DNA from: Fidelibacterota bacterium
GTDB taxonomy: Bacteria; Fidelibacterota; UBA2242; JAOZSR01
Assembly (NCBI GenBank): GCA_029939575.1
Contig: JAOZSR010000005.1
Coordinates: forward strand, 9,997 to 73,996
DNA length: 64,000 nt
Direction of reading: 5' to 3'
Shown: one piece after another, positions 37,536-48,635 of the stretch
Position numbering within the stretch: position 1 is the stretch's first letter
Layout of the letters: each line of letters opens with the position of its first letter
Notes under the pieces: generated by a model
The model's database searches: none
Told to the model about the DNA's origin: nothing
What the model saw: only the letters and a program-made list of their open reading frames with translations
Program-made: the position numbers and the translations under genes

Positions 37536-40500
37536 TTAGAAAATATAACTTAATCCAATCTGCATCTGCCATTTTGAAAGCACAGATACATCATCAATAT
37601 AGGAATCTTTAAGATTTGTATTAAAACCAAAGTATGGAGTTCCATTAGCATCTACGCCATTTACTGAAATTGGATTATAGGTATTAGGTAGTTGACGTAC
37701 TCCAAAATTTGAACTGATCATATTTCCAAAATTTAAAATATCAAATGATAGACGGATTGTATGATCTCTGTCAGCAAAATTTAATTTTACATCCTGCATA
37801 ACTCTTACGTCAATCTGACTGAACCATGGTAAAGTTGCGCCATGACGTTCTGCATAATCGCCTCTTCTTTCTTTCAGGTAATCATCCTGTTCAATAAAAG
37901 CATCCAGAGCAGCCCACTGAGCAGCAGCATCAGAAGCTTCTGTTGCGATACCATCTGTAACACTACCAAAATGTATATCGCTTGCGTTTTCAGGCACATA
38001 AAGAAGATCATTATTAGCAATACCGTCCTGATTTAAATCACCTGCGTATGTAAAGGAATATCTGTTACCTTTACCTGCTTCAAAGAATACAGCAACGGAA
38101 GTTTTCATGTTTTTGTACTCTTTATTATACATTAATGAAGAAATAATTCTGTGATTCAGTCCATAACGAGAATGAGTAAACATAGGATCATTTGGATTAC
38201 CGACAATAGGATTACGCTGGAAAGCATCAGCTGCAATTTCTGCAGGAATTGAAGTCAAATCTTTTGATTCCATATATGTATATGCTACATTTGCTTTTAA
38301 ACCAAAAGTAAAGTTCTTTTCCAGTTTTCCGGTAAAGTTATATTGATGTCCTTTTTTTGTATTATCAAGAATAATTACTCCTGCGTCAAGAAAACCAATA
38401 GAATTTGCACTGGCTGAATAAATATTTGATTCATTAAAACCTGCAAACATTTCCCTTGTATCACCAGTTCCGGTTAATTGACCGGAAGGTGGTAACATAT
38501 TATAATTACGATGGACTACAGCGTTGATATCTTTTGAGATCAATCCTTCAAAAGTAGCAATCCAACCGTCACCAAAGGATTTGTCAACTGCAATATTGTT
38601 TTTCCAAACCTGTGGAAAATGAAAACCTTCAGAAGTTGCATTTACCTGGAATTCATAACCGGGATCAATTCTTGAATTTGTTGATTGATTACCAAGCCAT
38701 ACAAAAGGAATGCGGCCAGAGAAAATACCAGATCCACCACGAACCTGCATACTTCTGTCGCCATATACATCCCAGTTAAATCCAAAACGTGGAGCCCATA
38801 AAGGATTGGCTGAAGGCCATTGTGAAGGATCAAGTTTTACTGATTCGCCATCTTCATTTACCCAACCATCAAAGTCTTTAACTTCATCATTAGGATCAAT
38901 TTCATTCATGTAGATAGGTAGATCCATTCTTAAGCCAAAAGTAAGTTTAAGATTGTCCTTATATTTATAATCATCCTGAATATAGAGACCTAATTGAGCA
39001 ACATCTACATAAGCCCATGCATAATCATTTTGCTGAGCAGCTGCAACCTGTGCATCAAAATCAATATCATCCCTGGTTGTACTTAAAAAATGATCAACGC
39101 TTTCGAAAGTATTCCATGGATAATAGAAAAGATTGAAGGAGTTATCAAATTTAAACATTTCAAAATTTATCCCGGCAGTAAAAGTGTGTCTGTCTTTATA
39201 GTATGATAGATTATTGGTAAACTGAAAAACATCCTGATATAATCTATTATGAGTTGAAAACATTTCTGAACCCATTGTAATTGCAAGATTTCCGTTTGCA
39301 TCAAAAATATCAAGTACTGGATATGGTTTAGAATGAGGATTTCTTTCATCTCTAAAAATAGTGTATCCAATTAACATATCATTTGACAGATTACTGGAAA
39401 AACGTGAGTGTAATTCTGATACTACTGAATGAATTTTATTGGCAATTGTATAAGATGAGTTTTCAAAAGGAAGGCGATAACTTGTAGGACCACGACCAAT
39501 AATAGCTTCCGGATGTGGAAGGATATCTTTCCACGCATCAAGATAATTATATCTGAAGGAAAAATTATGAATATCAGAAATATTCCAATCAACTTTTAGA
39601 AGGAATTTATTGTTATAAGTTTCGTGATTGTATCCTTGATAATCACCAGGTTCATATCCCCAGTAATCTCTTAATCTGTTTTGTACTGCCTGAATATCAG
39701 CCTCATTTACACTTGTTACATTTGCACCTGTATGATTTGCATCTTTTTTTGCTACAAAACCATGTGCCAATTCATCGCGACGTTCTGCTTCAGCATTAAC
39801 AAAAACAAATAATTTGTTTTTAATAATTGGTGCACCCAAGCTGAAACCGGTCTGAGTTGTATTAAAATCAAGATTTTCAGTTTCAGTATCACCAACTTTT
39901 TTCCCAATCATGGCTTCATTTCTTTGATAGTGATATACTTTTCCTTTAATCTGGTTTGTGCCGGATTTTGTAACTGCATTAACACCAGCCCCGGTAAATC
40001 CACTTTCACGGATATCAAAAGGAGCCAGTGAAACCTGTATCTGTTCAATAGCATCAAGTGATACCGGTTGTGCATCTGCCTGACCACCCGGAGTCGCATA
40101 ATCCAAACCAAATGAATTATTAAAAATTGATCCGTCTAAAGAAAAGTTATTATAAAGATTGTTACGTCCTCCAAAACTGTTTCCGTCAGATTCCGGTGTC
40201 AGCCTGGTGAGATCTTTTGCACTTCTTGCAATAGTTGGCATACTTTCCAGGTCTTCACTTTTTATAAAAGTGGCTGAGCCTGTACGATCCGCATTGATCA
40301 CGCCATCTTTGTTAGCTGTAACAACTACTTCATCCATTTCTACTGTTTTCTGTTCTAGAGTAATGTTAACTGTGTAATCTTCACCTACTTTAAGAAAAAT
40401 GTTTTCTAACCTTGCGGTTACATATCCAATGTAACTGACTTTTACTTCATAAGGTCCGCCTACACGAACATTTGATACATTGAAAAAACCATCTTCACGT

Positions 40501-40679
40501 GTTGAACTTCCATATACCGTTCCTGATGGTATATGAGTAATTACAATATTTGTCCCCAAAAGTCCTGTTCCGTCGGTATCTGTGATTCTGCCGTCAAAAC
40601 TCGCTGTTGTTACACCCTGTGCTAATACTAATACAGGAATCAACATAATTAATAAAGTAAAAAGTCCTCTTAACTTCAT
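37536..40679 (-). CDS. TonB-dependent receptor (Oar-like) with N-terminal carboxypeptidase-regulatory-like domain
   Basis: GRITD..GPYEVKVSYIGY, plug SLDAIEQIQV..GAGVNAVTKSGTN, C-terminal QIGLSYIF; ATG 40679 preceded by GGAGG. Confidence 0.9.
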   Translation of the reverse strand: MKLRGLFTLLIMLIPVLVLAQGVTTASFDGRITDTDGTGLLGTNIVITHIPSGTVYGSSTREDGFFNVSNVRVGGPYEVKVSYIGYVTARLENIFLKVGEDYTVNITLEQKTVEMDEVVVTANKDGVINADRTGSATFIKSEDLESMPTIARSAKDLTRLTPESDGNSFGGRNNLYNNFSLDGSIFNNSFGLDYATPGGQADAQPVSLDAIEQIQVSLAPFDIRESGFTGAGVNAVTKSGTNQIKGKVYHYQRNEAMIGKKVGDTETENLDFNTTQTGFSLGAPIIKNKLFVFVNAEAERRDELAHGFVAKKDANHTGANVTSVNEADIQAVQNRLRDYWGYEPGDYQGYNHETYNNKFLLKVDWNISDIHNFSFRYNYLDAWKDILPHPEAIIGRGPTSYRLPFENSSYTIANKIHSVVSELHSRFSSNLSNDMLIGYTIFRDERNPHSKPYPVLDIFDANGNLAITMGSEMFSTHNRLYQDVFQFTNNLSYYKDRHTFTAGINFEMFKFDNSFNLFYYPWNTFESVDHFLSTTRDDIDFDAQVAAAQQNDYAWAYVDVAQLGLYIQDDYKYKDNLKLTFGLRMDLPIYMNEIDPNDEVKDFDGWVNEDGESVKLDPSQWPSANPLWAPRFGFNWDVYGDRSMQVRGGSGIFSGRIPFVWLGNQSTNSRIDPGYEFQVNATSEGFHFPQVWKNNIAVDKSFGDGWIATFEGLISKDINAVVHRNYNMLPPSGQLTGTGDTREMFAGFNESNIYSASANSIGFLDAGVIILDNTKKGHQYNFTGKLEKNFTFGLKANVAYTYMESKDLTSIPAEIAADAFQRNPIVGNPNDPMFTHSRYGLNHRIISSLMYNKEYKNMKTSVAVFFEAGKGNRYSFTYAGDLNQDGIANNDLLYVPENASDIHFGSVTDGIATEASDAAAQWAALDAFIEQDDYLKERRGDYAERHGATLPWFSQIDVRVMQDVKLNFADRDHTIRLSFDILNFGNMISSNFGVRQLPNTYNPISVNGVDANGTPYFGFNTNLKDSYIDDVSVLSKWQMQIGLSYIF

Positions 40680-41065
40680 CCAACCTCCATTTTTTTGTGA
40701 AATTTCTTTCACTTCTGTTAAAATAACTACCTCAAAATTTGAATATTCAATTTGACAAAAAAATAGTTGAAAAAAATATGTAATACAAATGTTATCTTCA
40801 TTCTATTTAAATAAAATAAAGATATTGTAACTAATTGGAAAAATTGAGATTAGAATAGTAGATTGTATTTCTATTTATTTCTTATTTGATGTTTTTAAAA
40901 AGTTAAGATTTTGTGTAATTGGAGATCAAAAATTGAATAGTATTTTGACTTATTTTCTGGTTTATGTAAGAGATTATAAACACATTTTAATTACCTGTGA
41001 TTTTTTGAAAAATGCTATGGAAAATAGCTTTTCAATCCGTTTCGGTTGTTTTATATTTATAGGCT

Positions 41066-42862
41066 ATGGAAATGAACGTAAGAAACTTCTCGATAATTGC
41101 ACATATAGACCACGGAAAATCAACTTTAGCTGATAGAATGTTGGAATTTACTCACACTATCAGCAAGAGAAAAATGCAGGAACAGGTTCTCGATGATATG
41201 GAACTTGAGCGTGAACGTGGAATTACAATCAAATCTCATCCTATCAGGATGAATTATAAACATCTTGATGAACAAGAATATATTCTAAATTTGATAGATA
41301 CGCCGGGGCATGTTGATTTTTCGTATGAAGTTTCCCGTAGTTTGGCTGCTTGTGAAGGTGCTTTGCTATTAGTCGATGCAGCCCAGGGTGTGGAAGCTCA
41401 AACTGTAAGTAATGCTTACCTTGCTATTGAGAATGATTTGGAGATTATTCCTGTTATAAATAAAATTGATTTGCCAAGTGCTATGATAGAAGATGTCAAG
41501 TCTCAGGTAATTGAACTTGTGGGCTGTGAAGAAAGTGATATTATCCTGACAAGTGCTAAGGCAGGAACAGGGATTCAGGAACTTTTTAATGCAATAATTG
41601 AGCGTATTCCGGCACCTGTTTCAAATCCTCAGGATTTTCTTAAAGCTCTCATTTTTGACTCAAACTATGATTCCTACCGAGGAGTTGTTCCCCATGTAAG
41701 AGTGTTTGATGGTGAGATAAAGGCCGGGGAACAGGTTAAGTTTTTTGCTAATAATCTTTCTTTTGAAGTTGCAGAAGTTGGCTATTTTAAAATGGGAAAA
41801 GTAGCAACTGAAAAATTGGTTTCCGGTGATGTGGGATATATAATGTGCGGAATCAAAGATATTTCCAATATAGAAGTTGGAGATACTATTACTCATCTGA
41901 AAAAATCTGCCAATGAACCTTTAGCCGGATATCGTCCTATTAAGCCAATGGTTTTTAGTGGCATGTTTCCAACAGATAGTGATGATTTTGAAAATTTGCG
42001 TAGTGCCTTAGAAAAAATGAAATTAAATGATTCTGCTTTGGAATATGAGGCCGAAACTTCTATTGCACTTGGATTTGGATTCCGTTGCGGATATTTAGGA
42101 CTTTTACATATGGAAGTTGTTCAGGAGAGAATGGAAAGAGAATTTGATCTTGATCTTGTGACCACTATGCCAAATGTAAAATATGAATGTTTTTTGCATA
42201 ATGGCGAAATTCTGGAGATTGAAAATCCTTCAGAAATGCCTGCAGCCGGAGATATTAAGGAAATCAGAGAGCCTTATGTAAAAGCCGAAATTTTTGTACC
42301 TTCTGATTTTGTTGGCGCTGTTTTAAAACTTTGCCAGGAAAAAAGAGGGAAATATATTACTACCCACTATATGGACGGGAAAAAGGTTCAGGTAATTTAT
42401 GAATTACCTCTTGGTGAAATTGTATACGATTTTTATGATAAATTAAAATCATCTACAAAAGGCTATGCATCTTTTGATTATGAACAAATAGGATTTATAA
42501 AAAGTGACCTGGTAAAATTAGATATTTTAATAAATACTGATCCGGTTGATGCTTTATCAGTTATTATTCATCGCGAAAAATCCTATTATTTTGGTCGTGA
42601 TCTTTGTAGAAAATTAAAAGAATTGATCCCACGTCAAATGTTTGAAGTAGCCATTCAGGCTGCCATTGGAAGTAAAGTAGTTGCCAGAACTACTGTTAAA
42701 GCCCTCAGGAAAAATGTAACCGCTAAATGTTATGGTGGCGATATTTCCAGGAAAAGAAAGCTTCTGGAAAAACAGAAAGAGGGAAAACGCAGAATGAAAA
42801 ATATCGGAAAAGTTGAAGTACCTCAGGATGCTTTTTTGGCAGTTCTAAAAATGGATCAGTAA
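41066..42862 (+). CDS. lepA: Translation elongation factor 4
   Basis: [49 protein letters not shown]. Confidence 0.98.
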   Translation: MEMNVRNFSIIAHIDHGKSTLADRMLEFTHTISKRKMQEQVLDDMELERERGITIKSHPIRMNYKHLDEQEYILNLIDTPGHVDFSYEVSRSLAACEGALLLVDAAQGVEAQTVSNAYLAIENDLEIIPVINKIDLPSAMIEDVKSQVIELVGCEESDIILTSAKAGTGIQELFNAIIERIPAPVSNPQDFLKALIFDSNYDSYRGVVPHVRVFDGEIKAGEQVKFFANNLSFEVAEVGYFKMGKVATEKLVSGDVGYIMCGIKDISNIEVGDTITHLKKSANEPLAGYRPIKPMVFSGMFPTDSDDFENLRSALEKMKLNDSALEYEAETSIALGFGFRCGYLGLLHMEVVQERMEREFDLDLVTTMPNVKYECFLHNGEILEIENPSEMPAAGDIKEIREPYVKAEIFVPSDFVGAVLKLCQEKRGKYITTHYMDGKKVQVIYELPLGEIVYDFYDKLKSSTKGYASFDYEQIGFIKSDLVKLDILINTDPVDALSVIIHREKSYYFGRDLCRKLKELIPRQMFEVAIQAAIGSKVVARTTVKALRKNVTAKCYGGDISRKRKLLEKQKEGKRRMKNIGKVEVPQDAFLAVLKMDQ

Positions 42863-42968
42863 ATTTCGACATTGTGAAAACTTTTAAAAATCCTTAAATG
42901 TTAATTCTAAACCAAATTTTCCCCAAAATTCTAATACTTAATCATTTTATTGTTTATCTACTTTATTC

Positions 42969-43841
42969 ATGACTTGTTTGTCAAGTTTAGGTTGGGAAAT
43001 AAAATTCCATAAGTTTAAATTGAGTAGATTTAAAAAGGAGTACAAAATCTTGAATTTGAATCTTTTTCCAAATGATAATTATCATACAAATAAAGATAAG
43101 CCTCGATTATTTTTTGACAGACTGCTATTCAATACACGGGTGGTTTTTTTGAGTAAATTCATTGCAAACGTATTAAGAAGTAGAAAAAATGCAATTAAGG
43201 GAAATTATGATACAAGAGCCTGGGCATTATCTTCTTACGAAGTCTTTCAATTAATAGAAAATTGTGGTGGTCGGTTTGAAATTACAGGCTTAAATAACAT
43301 CAGGCAAAGTCAAAAACCGATTGTGTTTATCAGTAATCACATGAGCACATTAGAGACAATGGTATTTCCCTGCATCATAGCACCTATAACTGATGAAGCC
43401 ACTTTTGTTGTTAAAAATAGTCTTGTAGAACATCCGTTTTTTGGCCCAATAATGCGTTCAAGAAATCCGATTGTTGTAAATAGAAAAAACGCAAGAGACG
43501 ATTTTAGAACAGTTATGAATAAGGGACAGGAGTATTTATCCCAGGGGAGATCAGTAATTATTTTTCCTCAAAGTACAAGAAGAGTTAAGTTTAATCCAAA
43601 AGAGTTTAATTCATTGGGAGTAAAATTAGCCAAAAAAGCAGGCGTCTCAGTTATTCCTGTTGCTATTAAGACTGATTTTTGGGGGAATGGAAAATTGATC
43701 AAGGATTTAGGACCTATTCATAGGGAAAAACCAATAAAAATGAAATTCGGAGAACCAATATTAATTGAAGGTTCAGGTAAAGAGGAAAATTTAAAAATTA
43801 TTGAATTTATTTCATCAAATCTGAACAGATGGACAAAATAA
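42969..43841 (+). CDS. plsC: Lysophospholipid acyltransferase (PlsC family); start uncertain
   Basis: SNHMSTLE (HxxxxD/E), FVVK, IIFPQSTR, PVAI. Confidence 0.8.
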   Translation: MTCLSSLGWEIKFHKFKLSRFKKEYKILNLNLFPNDNYHTNKDKPRLFFDRLLFNTRVVFLSKFIANVLRSRKNAIKGNYDTRAWALSSYEVFQLIENCGGRFEITGLNNIRQSQKPIVFISNHMSTLETMVFPCIIAPITDEATFVVKNSLVEHPFFGPIMRSRNPIVVNRKNARDDFRTVMNKGQEYLSQGRSVIIFPQSTRRVKFNPKEFNSLGVKLAKKAGVSVIPVAIKTDFWGNGKLIKDLGPIHREKPIKMKFGEPILIEGSGKEENLKIIEFISSNLNRWTK

Positions 43842-43856
43842 AGAAAAGAGGTTAAA

Positions 43857-45458
43857 ATGATCTATAGATTATATGAAGTAAAAGTTCAATTAGATTATAA
43901 AGAAAAACATATTTTAAGTTATATTCTTCAGAATACAGGAATTAAAAAAGAGGATATTGAATCTTTCAAAGTAGTCAAAAGATCCATTGACGCCAGGCAT
44001 ACTCCAAAATATAATCTTACTATTGAGATTGTCAGCAAATCCGGATTTGTCCCAAAAAAATCAAAACATTTGCAGATTTATAACCCGCCAAAGATTAGTA
44101 ATGATAATTTTAATATTATCAATTATAAAGGATTATCGCCGATTATAATCGGTGCTGGTCCGGCTGGTTTAATGGCAGCTCTGGTATTGGCAGAAAATGG
44201 TCTTAAACCTGTGATTTATGAACGGGGAGCAGACACGGAAACCAGAACTAAACAGGTAAATGATTACCTGGCAACCGGAAATCTCAATCCGGAGAGTAAT
44301 ATAATGTATGGTGAAGGTGGAGCAGGACTGTTTTCCGACGGAAAATTAACAGCCAGAAGTAAAGAGGCCGGAGCCATTAAATATTTTCTTGAAACATTAG
44401 TAAAATGTGGCGCACCTGAATCAATATTACTTGATGCTGAGCCTCATTTAGGGAGTGACCTTTTATCAGAAATTATTCCGGTCTTAAGAAAATTAATTAT
44501 TTCCAAAGGTGGAGAGATTCATTTTAATTCGAGGGTATCAGACCTGGAAATTAAAAATAATGAAATAACCGGTGTAGTTGTAAATAATAATCTTATAAAT
44601 ACAAATCATTGCATTCTGGCGACCGGACATAGTGCCAGGGATATGTACAAACTTCTTTCGGAGAAAAAAATCAGCATGAAGGAAAAATCTTTTGCAATGG
44701 GTGTAAGGTTGGAAATTCCTCAGGAATTTATCAATAAATCTCAATATGGGAAATATTTTAATCATCCGGGATTAGGAGCTGCTTCTTTTAGGCTAACCAG
44801 GCGACCGGAAAAATCATTTCGGGCCTGTTACACTTTCTGTATGTGTCCTGGCGGGGAAATCTTGCCCTGTTCATCATCAGAAGGAATGTTAACTTCTAAC
44901 GGAATGAGTCTTTCAAAACGTGATGGAAAATACGCAAATGCTGCATTTATAGTTCCTGTTAACCCTGATGATTATAAGAAATATAGACGGGATGAATATC
45001 CGAATCTCGGGGGTGTTTTTTTTCAGGAGCATTATGAAAGGAAAGTATTTAAAAATGGTGGTGAAAATTATTCATTACCAGCTTCAAGATTAAGTGATTT
45101 TCTCGGGAAACAAGGAAGTACATCTCTTCCTGATGATACTCAATGTAAAAGAGTAGTGGCTACTGATATTCATACTCTTCTACCAAAGTTTATTAATAAA
45201 ACATTGAGATATTCTATTCCGAAAATGGTACCAAAGTTTGGCAGAATGAATTTTGAAGATATTTCTGTTTATTGTGCAGAAACCAGGAGTTCCAGCCCGG
45301 TTAGAATTGAGAGAGATAAAGATCAATTAATGTCAACAAGTACAAAGGGGCTGTTTCCTTGTGGAGAAGGTTCCGGATATACCGGTGGAATCGTTAGTTC
45401 TGCTTTGGATGGGATCAAAATTGCAAAATCAATTTTAAAAAATTACATTAAAGTTTAA
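43857..45458 (+). CDS. Uncharacterised FAD-dependent oxidoreductase (COG2509-like)
   Basis: IIGAGPAG, GEGGAGLFSDGKL, TFCMCPGG, ETRSSSPV, GEGSGYTGGIVSSA. Confidence 0.85.
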   Translation: MIYRLYEVKVQLDYKEKHILSYILQNTGIKKEDIESFKVVKRSIDARHTPKYNLTIEIVSKSGFVPKKSKHLQIYNPPKISNDNFNIINYKGLSPIIIGAGPAGLMAALVLAENGLKPVIYERGADTETRTKQVNDYLATGNLNPESNIMYGEGGAGLFSDGKLTARSKEAGAIKYFLETLVKCGAPESILLDAEPHLGSDLLSEIIPVLRKLIISKGGEIHFNSRVSDLEIKNNEITGVVVNNNLINTNHCILATGHSARDMYKLLSEKKISMKEKSFAMGVRLEIPQEFINKSQYGKYFNHPGLGAASFRLTRRPEKSFRACYTFCMCPGGEILPCSSSEGMLTSNGMSLSKRDGKYANAAFIVPVNPDDYKKYRRDEYPNLGGVFFQEHYERKVFKNGGENYSLPASRLSDFLGKQGSTSLPDDTQCKRVVATDIHTLLPKFINKTLRYSIPKMVPKFGRMNFEDISVYCAETRSSSPVRIERDKDQLMSTSTKGLFPCGEGSGYTGGIVSSALDGIKIAKSILKNYIKV

Positions 45459-45474
45459 TAAAATTTTTTGGTTA

Positions 45475-46095
45475 TTACAGATTCATTCTATCTATTATTA
45501 TTTCTAATTTTTTGAAAGTATCAACTGAATACATTAAGATAATATTTCCGGTGATATTTAAATCTTTTACAATAAATTTTGTATCGGCAAATATTATTAC
45601 TGTATTCTTATCGGTTATTTCAATCCTAAGGATATTTTTATGATCACCTTCAAAATATTCTAATGGTGTATATTCAACATGCCCATTTATAAGGTTTGTT
45701 ATAGATCCCATGACACCGTTCAAAATAATATTTCCAACCTCGGAAACTGTCCCGGCTTTTAAGTCAACTACTTCATCATTTGTTGGAATTTCTCCAATTA
45801 GAGATGAAACAAGATGAGAGGCGCTATCCTGTGGAAAAATTAATTCTGCACATCCGTTTAAAGAACCATGAAAATTCATTTTTACAGCAGATAATTGAGA
45901 TTTGTCGATTGAATTAGTATTTAATAATAAATCAGTACATTCGTCTATTGATTGTACTGCAATTTTTGGAACAGACAGGTCAATATGAGATTGGAGCATT
46001 TCATTTAATGTGGCTGCTGATTTACCAACACCAATATTGATAATTTCTTTCAAAGTATCATATTGTTTTTGTGTTAAGTCCATATTATTTATCAT
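45475..46095 (-). CDS. cheC: CheC-family phosphatase
   Basis: Two E-x2-N sites: LKEIINIG and SEVGNIILN; LSVP. Confidence 0.82.
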   Translation of the reverse strand: MINNMDLTQKQYDTLKEIINIGVGKSAATLNEMLQSHIDLSVPKIAVQSIDECTDLLLNTNSIDKSQLSAVKMNFHGSLNGCAELIFPQDSASHLVSSLIGEIPTNDEVVDLKAGTVSEVGNIILNGVMGSITNLINGHVEYTPLEYFEGDHKNILRIEITDKNTVIIFADTKFIVKDLNITGNIILMYSVDTFKKLEIIIDRMNL

Positions 46096-46453
46096 TTGAT
46101 AATAGTGCTCGGTTAATTGTATTTATTAAAGATTCTTTTTCAGGTGGCTTATTAAGAAAATCAAAGGCACCCAGATCCATACATTTCTTTTTTGTAGTCT
46201 TTTGAATATCTGCAGATAATATAATAATAGGTATGTTGATATTTTTAGATTTTGCCTGCTCAAGAAAATACATTCCATCATATTCAGGCATAAGTAAGTC
46301 TAGTATAATGCAATCCGGAGGAGTTTGATTAATTTCATCTAAAGCTAGTTTTCCATTTGCTGCTTCTATAATATCATAATCAGTTTCTTTTAGAATATCT
46401 TTTACCCATCTTCGTAAGATAAAAGAGTCGTCAACAATAAGTAATTTTGCCAT
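46085..46453 (-). CDS. Single-domain CheY-like response regulator
   Basis: LLIVDDS, ILDLLMPEYDG, ILSAD, LNKP. Confidence 0.9.
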   Translation of the reverse strand: MAKLLIVDDSFILRRWVKDILKETDYDIIEAANGKLALDEINQTPPDCIILDLLMPEYDGMYFLEQAKSKNINIPIIILSADIQKTTKKKCMDLGAFDFLNKPPEKESLINTINRALLSNDK

Positions 46454-46529
46454 TTCTTCTCCATTATAATAATTAATAAAAATTACTTTTTTTTATCTTT
46501 ATTGCGAAGTTAAATATTATATAACCAGT

Positions 46530-47753
46530 TTAATAAACCCTAATTCCTTTTTTCCAAACTTCCTTAATTGAATTGGCAGCAAGAAAATATGGAATAGACT
46601 GGTAATTATCAAAATCCCAGATTACAAAATCGGCCAATTTGTTGTTTTCAAGACTGCCAACCAAGTGGTTTATTTTTAAAGATTTTGCTCCGTTTATAGT
46701 CGCAGCCTGTAATGCCTCAAGAGGTGTTAGTTTTAATTTAAGACAGGCAGTAGTTATCACAAAAGCCATAGATTGAGTATGGGAACTTCCAGGGTTAAAG
46801 TCTGTAGCCAGAGCTACAGGTAAACCGAGGTCCCACATTTTTCGACCTGGCGCATAATGATCTGATCCCAGGAAAAATGTTGTTGCCGGAAGTAATACGG
46901 GTACAACATTGCCGTCAATTAAAGATTTAATACCTTCATCAGTAATTGCCGTTAAATGGTCTGCTGATAAAGCTCCTAATTTTGCGGCTAATTGTACTCC
47001 TCCAAGTGGTTTAAATTCATCAGCATGAATTCTCAGACCCAGTCCTAAATACTTGGCAACCTCCATCACTCGTCTGGATTCTTCTACATTAAACACACCT
47101 TCTTCACAAAAAACATCACAGTAGTCAGCAAGATTTTCTCGTGCCACCGTTGGTAGCATTTCATTGATAATTTTATCTATATATCCATCATGATCGTTCC
47201 TGTATTCATCAGGGTATTCATGAGCTCCCAGGAATGTGCATTTTATATCCAGAGCATGAGTTTTGTCTAATTCCTTTAGTAAACGTAAAGAATCCAATTC
47301 TGTTTGTGTGGACAAACCGTATCCGCTTTTAGCTTCGATGGTTGTTATGCCGAATTTTAAAAAATTATCGAGCCGGATTTTTACCCTGTTTTTTAATTTT
47401 ATAGGGTCTGCGTTTCTTAGGCTTTTTACGCTTGACCTGATGCCTCCACCGGCTTTGGCAATTTCCATATAATTTTTACCCATAATACGCATTTCATATT
47501 CTTTTTCTCGTGTATCATAAAATACAGGGTGTGTATGAGCGTCAACAAATCCCGGAGTAACTAATTTCCCTTCTGCATTAACGGTTTGATAGTCAGCAGA
47601 AGGAATATTTTGACCAATTCTTTCAATTTTTCCCTCGGATATTGCCATATCAACATTACTGCTAACTTGCATTTTATTGATATCATCCCGAAAGGTTACT
47701 AATTGTCCAATGTTAGTGATTAACACCTTATGATTTTTTATTGTTTTAATCAT
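46530..47753 (-). CDS. hutI: Imidazolonepropionase
   Basis: PGFVDAHTHPVF, EAKSGYGL, DVFCEEG, HADE, SADHL, LATDFNPGS. Confidence 0.95.
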   Translation of the reverse strand: MIKTIKNHKVLITNIGQLVTFRDDINKMQVSSNVDMAISEGKIERIGQNIPSADYQTVNAEGKLVTPGFVDAHTHPVFYDTREKEYEMRIMGKNYMEIAKAGGGIRSSVKSLRNADPIKLKNRVKIRLDNFLKFGITTIEAKSGYGLSTQTELDSLRLLKELDKTHALDIKCTFLGAHEYPDEYRNDHDGYIDKIINEMLPTVARENLADYCDVFCEEGVFNVEESRRVMEVAKYLGLGLRIHADEFKPLGGVQLAAKLGALSADHLTAITDEGIKSLIDGNVVPVLLPATTFFLGSDHYAPGRKMWDLGLPVALATDFNPGSSHTQSMAFVITTACLKLKLTPLEALQAATINGAKSLKINHLVGSLENNKLADFVIWDFDNYQSIPYFLAANSIKEVWKKGIRVY

Positions 47754-48284
47754 TTATTTCCTTGTTTGTTATAAAGTTTGTTAAAGTACCAAAACAATTG
47801 ATATAGGAATATATTTGCTGAATGAACATTTTCGCAATTATATCTTTAATATTTTTCTATATGAAATTTTCATAAAGTAAAATTCATTTATTCCAGTATA
47901 AACCTAATATATTTTCTTAATCTATTCAAGTGACTTCTTGATTTTTTGGCTGCTGGTGGCTAATTACCAACTGCTTGTAAGTAAGTGTAGATTTTGTATA
48001 TTCAATGTTGAATAGAGAAATTGTTTTAATAGAAAATTACTCCTAATATCTCAAAGAAATTGTTAAAAAAAATAAGACATATTAATCAATCTTGTAAAGG
48101 GAATTCATTCTGAGGTCAATAAAGAGAAGTTCTGTTTTGATAAAATCATAAGGACTTTTATGGAATTACCTGATATTTTAAATACAACACCAAAACTATT
48201 TTTTCAAAAATCTAATGCAATAACTGAAGAAGAAGTGAAAAGAGGAGTGTAACGCAATTTTAAGAAGATAATCAGGAATTGTCA

Positions 48285-48630
48285 ATTCCTGATGTCGAAG
48301 ATAGGAAACTGTATTTAAATAATACAAATTAATGTGTGATTTTTAAATAATAAACAATTAACTGTTGATATGCTGCAGAAAAATTATTATAATCTAATGT
48401 TCCTTGATATGTAAATGCCTGTTATGGATGGTCTCTAAATGTTAAAATCCATAAAAATGATTCGAATTTTTTTAAAAAACTGTAATTATTGCGCTAATCG
48501 CTACGGAAATGAAAGGTTATATGGGTAAATATTTATTTACCGGATTTGCTGATTATAAATTAAACCACTCGATATTGGCATATTGGAAGGTAAAATACAA
48601 ATTGTTAAAACAAAATTTAATTTAAGTTAG
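48285..48630 (+). pseudogene. Degraded receiver (REC) domain, probably the C-terminus of a hybrid sensor kinase; relic may extend upstream to about 48010
   Basis: VDMLQKNYYNLMFLDM*MPVMDGL*MLKSIK (TAA at 48412 and 48436), frameshift, TVIIALIATEMKG..GFADY, frameshift, KPLDI..NLS*. Confidence 0.8.
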
Positions 48631-48635
48631 ATATT

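Noticed and set aside
40933-41133. 66-aa ORF overlapping the lepA start
   Set aside because: Low-complexity AT-rich promoter region, TTG start, no RBS or motif
47929-48000. GC-richer patch that might be an IS end
   Set aside because: No terminal inverted repeat partner, target duplication or transposase
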